This document shows positions 20,112 through 30,353 of a DNA stretch of 64,000 bases, in pieces. The notes below the pieces were generated by a model. It was not told the origin of the DNA. It made no database searches and worked only from the letters and a program-made list of their open reading frames with translations. Source of the stretch: a virus; IMG/VR virus record IMGVR_UViG_3300028948_000703, positions 1 through 64,000 of that record; one strand, given 5' to 3'. A program made the translations under genes and the position numbers. How positions within the stretch are numbered: position 1 is the first letter of the stretch; each line of letters begins with the position of its first letter.

Positions 20112-20288
20112 TTAGTAGTCGTCGTTGCCGTAGAAACCATAGTCTTCATCTGACCCATATCCTGCTGATGCCAGTGCATCACCATCGGCCCAGTTATCGG
20201 GCTCGCAGGGTTCATCATACACGTCGGGTTCGATATTGTCAACCACAATGGCTTCAAACTGTTCAAACTCGTCCATCACTTGCTCCAT
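20112..20288 (-). CDS. Very acidic 58-aa protein, absent from the ORF track
   Basis: MEQVMDEFEQ...DGDALASAGYGSDEDYGFYGNDDY; contains no K or R. Confidence 0.7.
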   Translation of the reverse strand: MEQVMDEFEQFEAIVVDNIEPDVYDEPCEPDNWADGDALASAGYGSDEDYGFYGNDDY

Positions 20289-20513
20289 GCCTTGTTATAA
20301 ACATCACGATCCGGAATGTTGTCCAAGAGACTGTTAAGTTCATTTAAGAGCTGCGTGCGACGTAAATCCATTTCATCACGCAATAACTCTTCTTGACGAT
20401 CGCCAAGGTTATTAACATATTCACTTAGCCAGGACCTGGATTTATCAAGCTTTCTCAGCTTATGAGCAATGTTAATAGCCTTGGTAACAGACTTTGATCT
20501 TGATTTCGTCACT

Positions 20514-20771
20514 TCACTGGCTCCACGACTTGCTATGATAGGGACAAATGTCCTGCACCGGACAACTGTCGCAGTACCATTCATGCTCGTGAGTAAGGAT
20601 GCAACCCCAGGGCTTGGCCTCTTCGTCCTTGCTCCACCCCCACTTTACAGGCATGGTATCAGCAATCTTAGTGCAGAGCTTTTGCAGCTTATCCTTGCTA
20701 AGCGTGAGTTCGTGTTGCTGCTTCTTGCGAAGCGCATCGTACTCTTCCTGTGTTAGAATGTACTGCATCAC
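20514..20771 (-). CDS. Cys-rich hypothetical protein
   Basis: YILTQEEY start; C-terminal CDSCPVQDICP. Confidence 0.7.
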   Translation of the reverse strand: MMQYILTQEEYDALRKKQQHELTLSKDKLQKLCTKIADTMPVKWGWSKDEEAKPWGCILTHEHEWYCDSCPVQDICPYHSKSWSQ

Positions 20772-20796
20772 AGTTCCTTGCTTTGTTGTCTGAGCA

Positions 20797-21189
20797 TTAT
20801 AGCAGATTTGGTTCTGCTGTCAATCCGATTTTTTTTAAATATGCTTCTACTCGAGTGTTGCCTCTTGATGAATTACATTTACGACATGCTGCTGCATAAT
20901 TTTCCGGATGATTGCGTCCGCCACGGCTACGAGTTATAATATGTTCAAGCGTTAGGCTGTTATTGCGTTCACGTTCGTTGATCATAGCAGTGCCGCAATA
21001 GCAGCAACGATGGTTCTGTGCTTCGCTAGCACGAGCTCGATAGTAGGCCTTGGTCCAGGTCTTTTGTACAATAACAGCCTTGACCCAAGTTCTCTTAATG
21101 GGTATATATGGATGCTCTGTTTTATAGTGTTCCAACAGCGAACAAAAGCTGGGAATCCTATCTGGCATAGCCGGAGTAGAAAAGTCCAT
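20797..21189 (-). CDS. HNH endonuclease (McrA-type)
   Basis: CCYCG..TLEHI..SRGG..N..ACRKCNSSRG. Confidence 0.85.
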   Translation of the reverse strand: MDFSTPAMPDRIPSFCSLLEHYKTEHPYIPIKRTWVKAVIVQKTWTKAYYRARASEAQNHRCCYCGTAMINERERNNSLTLEHIITRSRGGRNHPENYAAACRKCNSSRGNTRVEAYLKKIGLTAEPNLL

Positions 21190-21608
21190 TTTTAACCCTC
21201 TGCGGGGAGCTTATACGAACTCTTGATCCAATCGCAACCATAATCGTCAGCATCAATCTGATTGCGAAACAGTCTGCGGTCAATCTGCTGCTGGTTAAGA
21301 AAGCAATAGCAGATAAATCCATTCATAGTTTGATCTGGAGCAGGATCAACGAAATAACTTTTATTCGCAGTCTTCAAGGCGAACCCCAATGCTGTCAAGG
21401 AACTCTTCCCAGAGGTACTGATCCTCTATAGCTTCAACCAGCGTGTCTCCATTACAGATTAGCCGGTCGCCATGGCAATTGTTTATGATGTATTCACTAT
21501 ATGCATGGCTAGTAGCCAATTGCTCGATCTGTTCTGCACTGAGTTTAGCCATATGAATGCTCCAATTGTGTGTTGAATTATTTACAACATTTGGCTAGAG
21601 CTGTCAAA

Positions 21609-22283
21609 TTAAACTGTGCCTAGGGCAATCTCATTGGCTTTATTCTTACGCACACCATGTGCAGGAAAGCCCACAATACACTCTCGAGTTGCATGAGCAC
21701 AAAGCTGGCAGCTCTTGCAAGTGACATCGTCACGCTGAGTAGCAGGACATACCACAACCTTACGGCCCTTGGGAGTTACTGTGTTGGTGTTCTGATCCTT
21801 AGCGAGCACCACAGTTACAGGGCCTACACCGGAATCGTAGAGTCGATCTGCATCTGCGAGGTTGTTGGCGCTGAGGTTAATCGTAAACCCGCGTCGGTTA
21901 GCTGAGCAAATCGCACTGATATTCTTCACAGTCAGTGGCTTGTGCGTATAGGTGAAACCACGCCGCCCAAGATTAGCTTTGACCAGTTTCTGTAGAGCTT
22001 TTCGATCGATCTTGTTGCCCATACCGGGCAGATCACCGGCTTGATTATGACGCCACACAGTGCCATCAGGCAGTGCTGCAATATTGTTGCAAAGCTGATC
22101 CCAAGAGATACCAGCATTGTTATCCGAAACTTTCATCCACCAGAACGCCAACGGACCAATGTCAGCATAGCATCCAGCACCCATAAACGGGCAAGAAGGC
22201 GGGCAGGTCTTTTTGCTGCTAATAGTTGTTGGAATGTCACCCGTCTTCTTGTTCTTGCTCTGCGGAGTAAAGAATACGTTCAT
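21609..22283 (-). CDS. Cys-rich conserved phage protein (Gp88/radical-SAM-related-like)
   Basis: NKKTG..TCPPSCP..CYA, RHNQAGD, FTYTH and CPA..TCKSCQLC..FPAHG motifs. Confidence 0.6.
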   Translation of the reverse strand: MNVFFTPQSKNKKTGDIPTTISSKKTCPPSCPFMGAGCYADIGPLAFWWMKVSDNNAGISWDQLCNNIAALPDGTVWRHNQAGDLPGMGNKIDRKALQKLVKANLGRRGFTYTHKPLTVKNISAICSANRRGFTINLSANNLADADRLYDSGVGPVTVVLAKDQNTNTVTPKGRKVVVCPATQRDDVTCKSCQLCAHATRECIVGFPAHGVRKNKANEIALGTV

Positions 22284-22574
22284 GGTGTTCCCTGTTGTTT
22301 AGTACTGCCCAATAATAGCAGATCTAATTAGTTAGTCAATCAAAACTAGCTGCGGGGACCTACTTCAAATAGGTTTTAATATGTTCTGACAGAGTGTTGA
22401 TTCGATCAGCTGCCAGCTGAGCTGACAGCGAGTTATAGAGATTATTAAGCTCTACCCACTGTGTAGACCCCCAAGGAATACAAGCGCGGAGCTGGACAAT
22501 CTTTTCAATTTCATTTTTCAACTTGTCCATGGTAATATCCTTGTTATTCTTAGACATTATAAGCGGTACCTTTG

Positions 22575-23006
22575 CTAGATGTCAATCTCTGAGACAGGAT
22601 CTTCATCTTCCCGATAGAGATTATAGACCTGCACCTGGACTGCACCACCATCCTTCTGCATGATTCGCACACTGTGATTACCAACAGTAAACCAGCATGG
22701 CTCACCTGGGTTAACCACATAGTCTCGCTCAGGATCCAGGATCAGTTCCATAGCAGTCTGCGGGGAGACATTTTCTGCATTTTCAGCAAGCTGCAAGACA
22801 TCTTGCACACCAATTGCTGCTTTGATGATCCATGCTCCACTCATGAAGCTGAGAACCACTACCAATAGCCATCCAAAGAAGGTACCGCTGAATCCCAAGG
22901 CAAACCACAGTGCAGCAAGGGCCAGGCACCAGATTCCGCGGGCAAACATCTGCAGAAAGTTAGTAGGTGTACCAAACCCAATGGTATTCCAAAGATTATT
23001 CAGCAT
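22575..23006 (-). CDS. Membrane protein
   Basis: Two hydrophobic segments. Confidence 0.65.
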   Translation of the reverse strand: MLNNLWNTIGFGTPTNFLQMFARGIWCLALAALWFALGFSGTFFGWLLVVVLSFMSGAWIIKAAIGVQDVLQLAENAENVSPQTAMELILDPERDYVVNPGEPCWFTVGNHSVRIMQKDGGAVQVQVYNLYREDEDPVSEIDI

Positions 23007-23243
23007 TGTTTTCTCCGTGAACCCTCACGCCGCGTATAGGATGAAATGTAGCTACCAGTTGATTGTTGCTGTCGTAGACTGCTGCTTCGAAGCAAACCTT
23101 TCGAGCATAGTCCAGAGCAGATTCCAGGCTTTGAAAGTCATCATGCCCATAGTTAAAGTTCACAAGCCACACTCGATACATGGTAACCTCTGATGCTGCT
23201 AGGTGCACTATAATAGCACACCTAGCCTGACATTGTACATGAG

Positions 23244-23468
23244 TTAGCTAGACGACGTTGAGTTCTTAAACAGGATCCCGCAAAGGACCAACAGACCCCA
23301 TGCCTGGATCCAGCCAATTTCATGCACACCACTTACAGCAGGAATCAGACAAGCATTCCACAGCCACATAACTGGAAATGCCAACACCAGACCAATAACT
23401 ACGATCAGCACCAGCGCAACAATGATAGTGGCAACTGCGTCCGAAATAGAATTCATTTTGATCTCCAA
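23244..23468 (-). CDS. Small membrane protein (MWLWN..IGWIQAWGL)
   Basis: Hydrophobic; common phage motif. Confidence 0.7.
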   Translation of the reverse strand: MEIKMNSISDAVATIIVALVLIVVIGLVLAFPVMWLWNACLIPAVSGVHEIGWIQAWGLLVLCGILFKNSTSSS

Positions 23469-23480
23469 TATAATAAAACA

Positions 23481-23512
23481 ATAAAGCGTGTAGTTTAACC
23501 TACACGCTTTAT
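23481..23512. terminator. Rho-independent terminator-like hairpin
   Basis: ATAAAGCGTGTAG/CTACACGCTTTAT perfect 13-bp inverted repeat. Confidence 0.7.
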
Positions 23513-23521
23513 CATTACGTA

Positions 23522-23908
23522 TTAGACAGCCACCTGCTCAGCAGCCGGGACCTCTACCGGCGTCGCATCCGGCGTTGCAGCAGCCTGCTCCTTGCGAGCG
23601 CGGTGCGCTGCGGAGATCTTCGCAGCCTTGTCAGCCAGCTTCTCGGCTTCCACCTGCAGCGGGCTCTTCTTGCGCTTGTCCGCAGCACGGGTGGGCAGCA
23701 CGCCCTTGATGCCGTTCTTCATCAGGAACGCCATAGCCTGGACCTTGGTCATAGGCGAGGGCAGCTCCATAAACTTGATAGCGCGGTGACCCTTGTGCTT
23801 GAGCATGTTAACCCGGAGGTTAATCTTGCCATTGGTGAAACGGAACGTGTGACGCCCGTTAACAATGCTGGTGCCGGCAATCGTAAAAGTACGCTCGTTC
23901 TTAGCCAT
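23522..23908 (-). CDS. Hypothetical protein, paralogue of 25249-25617
   Basis: RTFTIAGTS..FRFTNG..LPSPMTK versus RTYTIAGVS..FRFANG..LPSPMDK. Confidence 0.8.
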   Translation of the reverse strand: MAKNERTFTIAGTSIVNGRHTFRFTNGKINLRVNMLKHKGHRAIKFMELPSPMTKVQAMAFLMKNGIKGVLPTRAADKRKKSPLQVEAEKLADKAAKISAAHRARKEQAAATPDATPVEVPAAEQVAV

Positions 23909-24027
23909 TTAAGTTCTCCTTGTTAAAGTTAAACAGTGTTTACTACGCTACGCTCTAACTTTTGCGATAATAGCATAAACTGAAACTATCGCAACCAGAA
24001 ACTAAACGGTAACTTGATGATTTTGTT

Positions 24028-24096
24028 AATAAATATGTTTGCAGTTCGCGAAAGTGGCATTTCCAACTGCTCTAATGTCTAGGAAGGAACATCAGC
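24028..24096 (+). promoter_or_regulatory. Late promoter plus conserved structured leader (copy B)
   Basis: AATAAATA..GCAGTT-CGC-GAAA..TTTC-C-AACTGC-TCT..CAGC-ATG. Confidence 0.75.
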
Positions 24097-24729
24097 ATGT
24101 GTATTTACTGCGGAACTAATAATTACAGAAAAATCTACGAAAACCATTTTGGCCCAATTCCGAAAGAGCAAAACGGTAGATCGTATCATATACATCATAT
24201 AGACGGTAATCATCATAATAACAACCCGGAAAATCTCAAGGCCGTTACTATCAACGAACACTATAACATTCATTTTCAGCAAGGCGATTATTCAGCATGT
24301 CTTCGCCTGTCAGCGAGACTAAACATCGATCCTAATACTATATCGGTATTAGCATCTAATGCCAACAAAAAACGTGTAGAGCAAGGCACTCATAATTTCC
24401 TTGACAAAGAAAATGCACGAAAGCGAGCTAGACGAATAGTCAAGGAAGGGAAATGTAATTTAGTAGGCGATAAAAATCCTGTGCATAAATTAGTTGCAGA
24501 AGGAAAGCATCATTTTCAAACTCCCGAGTTTAGTAGAACTCGGGCTTTAAAGCGTGTTACACAAGGCACGCACAATTTTCTCGGAAGCAATAGTAATCAA
24601 ACGCGCCTAGCAGAAGGACGACATCCAACTCAACAAAAAAAGACCTGTGTCCATTGCGGAGTTAGTATGGGATTACCATTGTTTGCAAGATATCACGGTG
24701 ACAAATGCCGTAAATTATTAAACAACTAA
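24097..24729 (+). CDS. Free-standing HNH homing endonuclease
   Basis: YRKIYE.H.GPIP..YHIHHIDGNHHNNNPENL..EH; GTHNF repeats; C-terminal CxHC..H..C; antisense to neighbouring genes. Confidence 0.85.
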   Translation: MCIYCGTNNYRKIYENHFGPIPKEQNGRSYHIHHIDGNHHNNNPENLKAVTINEHYNIHFQQGDYSACLRLSARLNIDPNTISVLASNANKKRVEQGTHNFLDKENARKRARRIVKEGKCNLVGDKNPVHKLVAEGKHHFQTPEFSRTRALKRVTQGTHNFLGSNSNQTRLAEGRHPTQQKKTCVHCGVSMGLPLFARYHGDKCRKLLNN

Positions 24730-25074
24730 TCTAAACTTTTTGATCCAGCTCTTAATAAACTTCTTACCGACATCCAGGCTAACGTACGAATCGGTTTGCA
24801 TACCCTGTTCTGAGTACGAAACATCCTTAGCGTTAAATCCAAGGCTGTCGAGAAGCTTCTTCAGCTCTTTTTCCCACTGGCTGTCCGTGTAGATAAGACC
24901 ATCAGTCTCAACATTCCAGCTTTTGGGAGTAAAATATACGCGAAGCTCGCCAAACTCCTCTTCGTCGCTGAGGTAAGCAAGATTCATGTGCGTGACAGAG
25001 ACTGTGGTTGCACGATTGCTCCAGTACCCGTCACCTACAGTATTAAGCTTCGCAGGCTTTTTGAATTTCAGCAT
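24718..25074 (-). CDS. Conserved phage protein (GDGYWS..GLIYTD..YSEQGMQ)
   Basis: ORF with promoter and RBS. Confidence 0.75.
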   Translation of the reverse strand: MLKFKKPAKLNTVGDGYWSNRATTVSVTHMNLAYLSDEEEFGELRVYFTPKSWNVETDGLIYTDSQWEKELKKLLDSLGFNAKDVSYSEQGMQTDSYVSLDVGKKFIKSWIKKFRLVV

Positions 25075-25248
25075 TTAACTGGCTCCATGTTGTATGTTGC
25101 CATTTTAGCAGCTAAAGGCAAGCTGTCAATTAAATAGATTGGTGCATGTGTATAACATGCTTAGCACCATAACAGGAAGAAGCCACAGCTTCAACACCCA
25201 GTCTCGTATCCATAAAACCGTAAGTTGAAGCTGTAGCTTTATCATGTA

Positions 25249-25617
25249 CTAGACGTTGGCCATCGCCACAAGGTCAGCAGTGTCATCCACGGTGATCTGC
25301 TCAGCAGCAGCAGTGGCACCCGCTTCCACAGTAGCCTCAGCAGTAGCAGTGGCAACCACTTCAGCCGGCGTCAGCGTGGCATCCGTCTTGGCAGCAGCAA
25401 TACCGCTCTTCGGACGAGTAGCCGACATGCCTTGCGCTTCAAGGAACGCAATCGCAGAAGCCTTGTCCATCGGAGACGGCAGGTCACGCAGGTCGATGCC
25501 CGTATGCTCGGCACGCTCCAGGACCTTGGCTCGGGCTTTGAGATCACCATTGGCAAAGCGGAACTTAGTAACGCCGTTGCTGGTGCTAACGCCTGCAATA
25601 GTGTAGGTACGATTCAT
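25249..25617 (-). CDS. Hypothetical protein, paralogue of 23522-23908
   Basis: GAGGAG RBS before MNRTYT. Confidence 0.8.
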   Translation of the reverse strand: MNRTYTIAGVSTSNGVTKFRFANGDLKARAKVLERAEHTGIDLRDLPSPMDKASAIAFLEAQGMSATRPKSGIAAAKTDATLTPAEVVATATAEATVEAGATAAAEQITVDDTADLVAMANV

Positions 25618-25687
25618 ATTTGCTCCTCTAAGGTTGTTTACTAACAATGCCAATATAGCATAGATTTTGGTTTTAACAACCGATCTT

Positions 25688-26167
25688 TTAGGAAAATGAC
25701 ATTAAGGTGACTGCAAATACTGCTATAGTCCATGCAAGGAAAGGATACATTAGCCTACCTGCCCATTTATTAATACGGTTGAAAACAACCAAGGTATCAA
25801 TTGTGCATAATACTAATACCATTGCAATAGAGCAAGCAACAACGATATTGCCCAGCAGTGCAATTGACACCAACCACGAAAACGTTAGGATATGAAGTAC
25901 AATCCACACAGCCATTGGTGCACTATACTGCTCTGCCTTGTGTTTATATACAACCAGCCACGCAGCAATGCTTGAGGCGGCCGCAGCCCATATTCCTAGC
26001 TCGTCAATAACAAAATGAACAAAGGAAAGGCCAATTGCAGATACCAGAGTATCATGCATGGCTAATGTTAGTATAATATTGCTGCCTTGGCAAAAATAAA
26101 TCAGTGCAACAAGGAATCCAAGCTCTCTAACACGGGGTTCACGTACAAACTTAGCAATTTGGTCCAT
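25688..26167 (-). CDS. TspO/MBR-like membrane protein
   Basis: Several TM segments; C-terminal FNRINKWAGRLMYPFLAW resembles the TspO C-terminal motif; AATAAATA late promoter upstream. Confidence 0.55.
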   Translation of the reverse strand: MDQIAKFVREPRVRELGFLVALIYFCQGSNIILTLAMHDTLVSAIGLSFVHFVIDELGIWAAAASSIAAWLVVYKHKAEQYSAPMAVWIVLHILTFSWLVSIALLGNIVVACSIAMVLVLCTIDTLVVFNRINKWAGRLMYPFLAWTIAVFAVTLMSFS

Positions 26168-26352
26168 ACCATATTTATTAAACTATTTGTTCTTCTTTTT
26201 CGGCTTAGTGATTGGTTTAGGTATGATCAGAACGGCTCTTGTTTGGTAGGGACCTTCAGGTTTAGCAAACATTCTGCATACACCTGTACGATTTAGGTCC
26301 CAGGAAATACCGCTGGGAGAAGTATCTACCCAGACGGTAATCTTGGTAGCTT

Positions 26353-26796
26353 TCATTGACAAACCGGGGTCATAATAGCCCGTCCAAACGAATCATAGCC
26401 AAGCACAGCCATAGAACACACTGGACCTGAGCTAATAACACGGGCTGTACCAGGTGAGGCACCAGGAGCAGGTAAAACAACAGTACCATATTGCCCGCTG
26501 GCCGGAGTCTGTGGAATAACAGTAACAGACTGCGGTGCTACAACCGGACGCGGAGCCATAGCACTGCTGATAATGTTGTTCAGCACGCTGGCTCCGGCCA
26601 TAATCCCCGACGTAGCAATAGAGCTGTCATAGGGTCCAGACCCAGGCCACGCACCAGTGACATTGGTATTATAGGTACCAGGGCGACCATAGCCATAGCC
26701 ATAGCCTCCGCAGTAGCCTCCTGCACACTGGGCAACAGCAGCAGCTGGCAGCATAACAGCAGCAATGGTAGCTGCCAGCATAATATTTTTCATCAC
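26353..26796 (-). CDS. Secreted G/P/Y-rich protein
   Basis: Signal peptide ending AVA-Q. Confidence 0.65.
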   Translation of the reverse strand: MMKNIMLAATIAAVMLPAAAVAQCAGGYCGGYGYGYGRPGTYNTNVTGAWPGSGPYDSSIATSGIMAGASVLNNIISSAMAPRPVVAPQSVTVIPQTPASGQYGTVVLPAPGASPGTARVISSGPVCSMAVLGYDSFGRAIMTPVCQ

Positions 26797-26818
26797 AGTT
26801 CTCCTGATACGAACTTGC

Positions 26819-27984
26819 TTAGTTTAGCTTCAGCTCGCGCTTCTTGCGATCGATAAACTTGCGAAGTCGGCGACGATACTGATCCAAGGGCATGTCCTCA
26901 TTGTCGAGGGTGTCAGGAATAAAGAGGTGGCAAGCTTCCTTGTACGTCAGACCAAAGAATGCTTCTCCAGCTTCTTCGCCGTAGACCCGGTCGCCTTCGC
27001 TGTCCGTAAACCAAACTTCACCCTCACGCCATTCCTTGTCCCAGATCAGCTTGAGCCCGCGCTTGCGGAATTCAGGCATGCTGCCAGCCCATCCCAGAGC
27101 ACAGGCAGTGGTACCACAGACATTTACGTCAAGCTTGGTATCCGGATCACCATTGGTGGCGGCCCAGTTACCAAAATAGAACTTCGTGGGCTTAACAGTG
27201 CCCAGAAACGTGTAGAGCTTTTCCAGTCGATCGATATGATGCTTCTTCACTTTGATGCTCCTTGTTAGAACGCGCCTACTTTAACATGATCATCGCCAAA
27301 AATCTTTCGAAAAGTGTCAGCAGGGCCATAAAAGCTCCACTCACCATCACGCCAGCTGCCCTTCCAGTCCCAGATACCGCAGTTCCGACCGCCTGCAGTA
27401 AAGCCCCAACTGTATTTGACCTTGTAGGGATCATCGTCGACATTGGGCTTAAAGCCCAGGATGCGATCGATATCAGTCTTCTTGAGCCCAACCAGCGAGC
27501 CCTGCTTGTGCCCGCCAGCATTCTTATTAGCAACGATCTTCATGGACTGATTCCTTGGTTACTTGATCTTCAGCTCACGCTTCTTGCGATTGATAAAGCC
27601 ACGCAACCGGCGACGATACTGGGCCAATGACATATTCTCTTCGTAATCGCTCCAGGGAATGAAAAGATGGTTAGATTCATCTTCGGTCAGACCAAAGAAC
27701 TTTGCACCGGCGTGTTCACCGAAGAGCTTGTAGCCATTGCGATCAACAAACTCAACATAACCGCTACCAATATCCTTCTCCCAGACCAGCTTGAGTCCAC
27801 GCTTGCGGAACTCAGGCATGCTGCCAGCCCAGCCCATTGCACAGGCAGTGGTACCACAGGCATTGATATTCGCCGTTTCTTCGGATTCCGCAACTGCCCA
27901 TTCACCAAAATAGAACTTGGTGGGCTTAACAGTGCCCATGAAAGCGTAGAGCTTTTCCAGTCGATCGATATGAAACTTCTGCAT
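26819..27984 (-). repeat. Duplicated gene (26819-27250 and 27559-27984) flanking 27265-27543
   Basis: Both encode HIDRLEKLY..CGTTACAxGWAGSMPEFRKRGLKL..QYRRRLR and share long identical DNA stretches. Confidence 0.9.
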
Positions 27985-28815
27985 TCCCAGTCTCCTTGTT
28001 TAGTGTCGGTACTATAGCACAGGTTAAAGATTAGTCAGCCTTTATTTTTCAATCCGCTCAATAAGAGAATTAAATCCCCAGATCACCGCCACTACAATCA
28101 TCAAGCTTGCAGAGGTAATAAGAAATCGAACCATGCCGTCCTGCAGAATTGTAGTGCAGGTATTAGCCGAGAAAAATTCCTGGCAAAAAATCTCTAGCAT
28201 GGTTTGTTCTCCGGCTCAACTAAGATTTTTACTGATCAACTTGCAGATACGTTCACGCTCAAAGTCAGTTGCTAGGCTAAGCAACACACTTTCTGCATCC
28301 ATACCCAGCGCCCGAGCTATATACGTGATTTCTGCCCAGACGTCAACGGGCGAAACGTCATGCCCGCAATAGCCGTGTGGATCATCTGCAAAATCTTCTA
28401 TTTGAGCACTAAGCTTGCTCTGTGCCCAGCTCAGGACAACTGGATCCATGTTATTGCTCTACCATCTTACCGTAGATCTGCTCTTCGCTATACTTGCCAG
28501 TGGCAAAGGCAGCATCCTGGATAGTGTCCATCATATGCAGAATGCCTGCAGACATCTCATCATCTTTGATCACCAACCAAGTCTTCTGTTCACGGAACAG
28601 TTCCCAGTCGATGCTGTCAAAATCAAAGTTTTCCATGTATCACCTAACCGTTACGGTTGCAACCCACACACTCAAGAAGAATCCCACTGCCGCACCTAGA
28701 GCCAGCGGAGCCAGTCGATCACCCGGTACATTGATACGCCAGGTTGCAATGATACCACAAAGCAACGCCAGAATATATTGAACAATGAAAAAGCTCATGT
28801 TACACCACAGTTATA

Positions 28816-28853
28816 GAAAAAGTGCAGTGCTGGATTTTAGGCCCAGCACTGCA
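28816..28853 (-). terminator. Rho-independent terminator
   Basis: TGCAGTGCTGG/CCAGCACTGCA stem with a T-tract on the minus strand. Confidence 0.7.
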
Positions 28854-28862
28854 TGAAGTCAA

Positions 28863-29249
28863 CTAGAGATACACGCGAATGATGTGGCTGCTGAAATCCC
28901 GGCTGACGCAAAGCTCCACGTTACCAAGCTTTTCCAGCGGCTCGTAGTAACGCTTGTTGGCCACTGCTGGGCCAACCTTGGGCCATTCAGTACGATGGAT
29001 CTTCACAGCAGTGAACGGACGACGCTTGTTGCTGCGATGATTGGTGTAGATGTTTTCACGCACGGTGAAGAACGAACGTGCAATCGCCTTCACAGCATCG
29101 ACACGCGCAACATGATCTGCACTGTTAAATGCCGGATTGTCCAGCTCAGCGCTCAAGCTACGCAGCTTGACGTCGATAGCAGCACCCTGAGCCTGCGCAA
29201 CATCACGGGTCTCTTCGCTGTTGATGATGTTAATCTTAAGGTTAGCCAT
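28863..29249 (-). CDS. Hypothetical protein
   Basis: GGAG RBS; upstream DNA (ctccgttgttaactcacgca) is duplicated before 29329-29604. Confidence 0.75.
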   Translation of the reverse strand: MANLKINIINSEETRDVAQAQGAAIDVKLRSLSAELDNPAFNSADHVARVDAVKAIARSFFTVRENIYTNHRSNKRRPFTAVKIHRTEWPKVGPAVANKRYYEPLEKLGNVELCVSRDFSSHIIRVYL

Positions 29250-29328
29250 TTGTCAGCTCCGTTGTTAACTCACGCATTGTAACAGAACTTGGCCAACAAG
29301 CAACCAAATTCTTAAGTTATTTTATTGC

Positions 29329-29604
29329 TTAGACCAGCTTGTGGGCCCGGGTGAGCTGGGCCATGACGTTGTCGTACCCCAGACGCTTGTAAAGCTCGCT
29401 CATAAACGCCGAGTCCTTGTCCTTCTGCGGGCCATACATGTAGACATAGTCCACACACAGGGCCATACAGTTCTTGTTGGTAGCCTTGAAACCTTCAAGG
29501 GTGTCAATATCAGCCCTAACCTCAGAGAACACAGCAGAGAAGATGTTTCCAGCGCGGCTGAGTTCGTCGTTGGTGAGCTTTTGCATAGCAGCAGTCTTGG
29601 CCAT
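29329..29604 (-). CDS. Hypothetical protein
   Basis: Same leader sequence as the 28863 gene. Confidence 0.75.
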   Translation of the reverse strand: MAKTAAMQKLTNDELSRAGNIFSAVFSEVRADIDTLEGFKATNKNCMALCVDYVYMYGPQKDKDSAFMSELYKRLGYDNVMAQLTRAHKLV

Positions 29605-29911
29605 TTATCATCTCCGTTGTTAACTCACGCATAATAGCAGGATTTAGATTTGGATCAACCTAATCCTTAAAGTTGTAGAGTTTCTTGGGATCACAGAACA
29701 TCACCAAGGCAAACAGATGTTGTTCATAGCTAACTTCGTCGTATGCTCGGCTGCGTTCACACCAGTGCTGATCATCACTGTAGACCCACTGAATAATTCG
29801 CATACGCTGGTTATAGGTGCGACGGTTGCAAATCAATGTCCACGCACTGCCCATAATAGCCAGGACCATCAAGGATCCAAAAATGTCAAACGCAGTCATG
29901 CCAATCTCCTG

Positions 29912-30268
29912 TTAGTAGAGCCCCAGATCGCGCCGCAGCTGACTCTGGCCACGGCTACGATATTCGCAGATACGACCTTTCACAGTCATGCTCATAATGC
30001 AGCCAATGATGTCATCACCCCACTCGGGTTCAATGCCACCAAAGCTAGGATGGCCTGTGGCATTTGCAGGAACATATCCGCGCAGGTCCCCGTCCCGCTC
30101 ATCAGCTTCCATAAGCTCGCCAATGATTTTCATCATGCGGCGCTTGATTGCGAGGATGAGCTCTGCCATGGAATCGCCTTCAAACAGCTCTTCACTATGG
30201 ACATAACCCATCACTCCCCACTGGATCTTAACATTAATTGCTTTGGCGTCAGTGTTAGCAACAGCCAT
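29912..30268 (-). CDS. Hypothetical protein
   Basis: GAGG RBS and promoter. Confidence 0.65.
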   Translation of the reverse strand: MAVANTDAKAINVKIQWGVMGYVHSEELFEGDSMAELILAIKRRMMKIIGELMEADERDGDLRGYVPANATGHPSFGGIEPEWGDDIIGCIMSMTVKGRICEYRSRGQSQLRRDLGLY

Positions 30269-30353
30269 AGAGTTAATCCTCTAGTTAAGATCAACATGTT
30301 AGCAGATTGTGCTAACATGTCAATGATCTAAGTCGGTGGTCCCCGCAGCGGTT

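Noticed and set aside
25178-25242. Long hairpin AGCCACAGCTTCAAC/GTTGAAGCTGTAGCT as a separate ncRNA
   Set aside because: It lies immediately after a stop codon with no promoter of its own, so it is most simply a terminator or stabilising stem.
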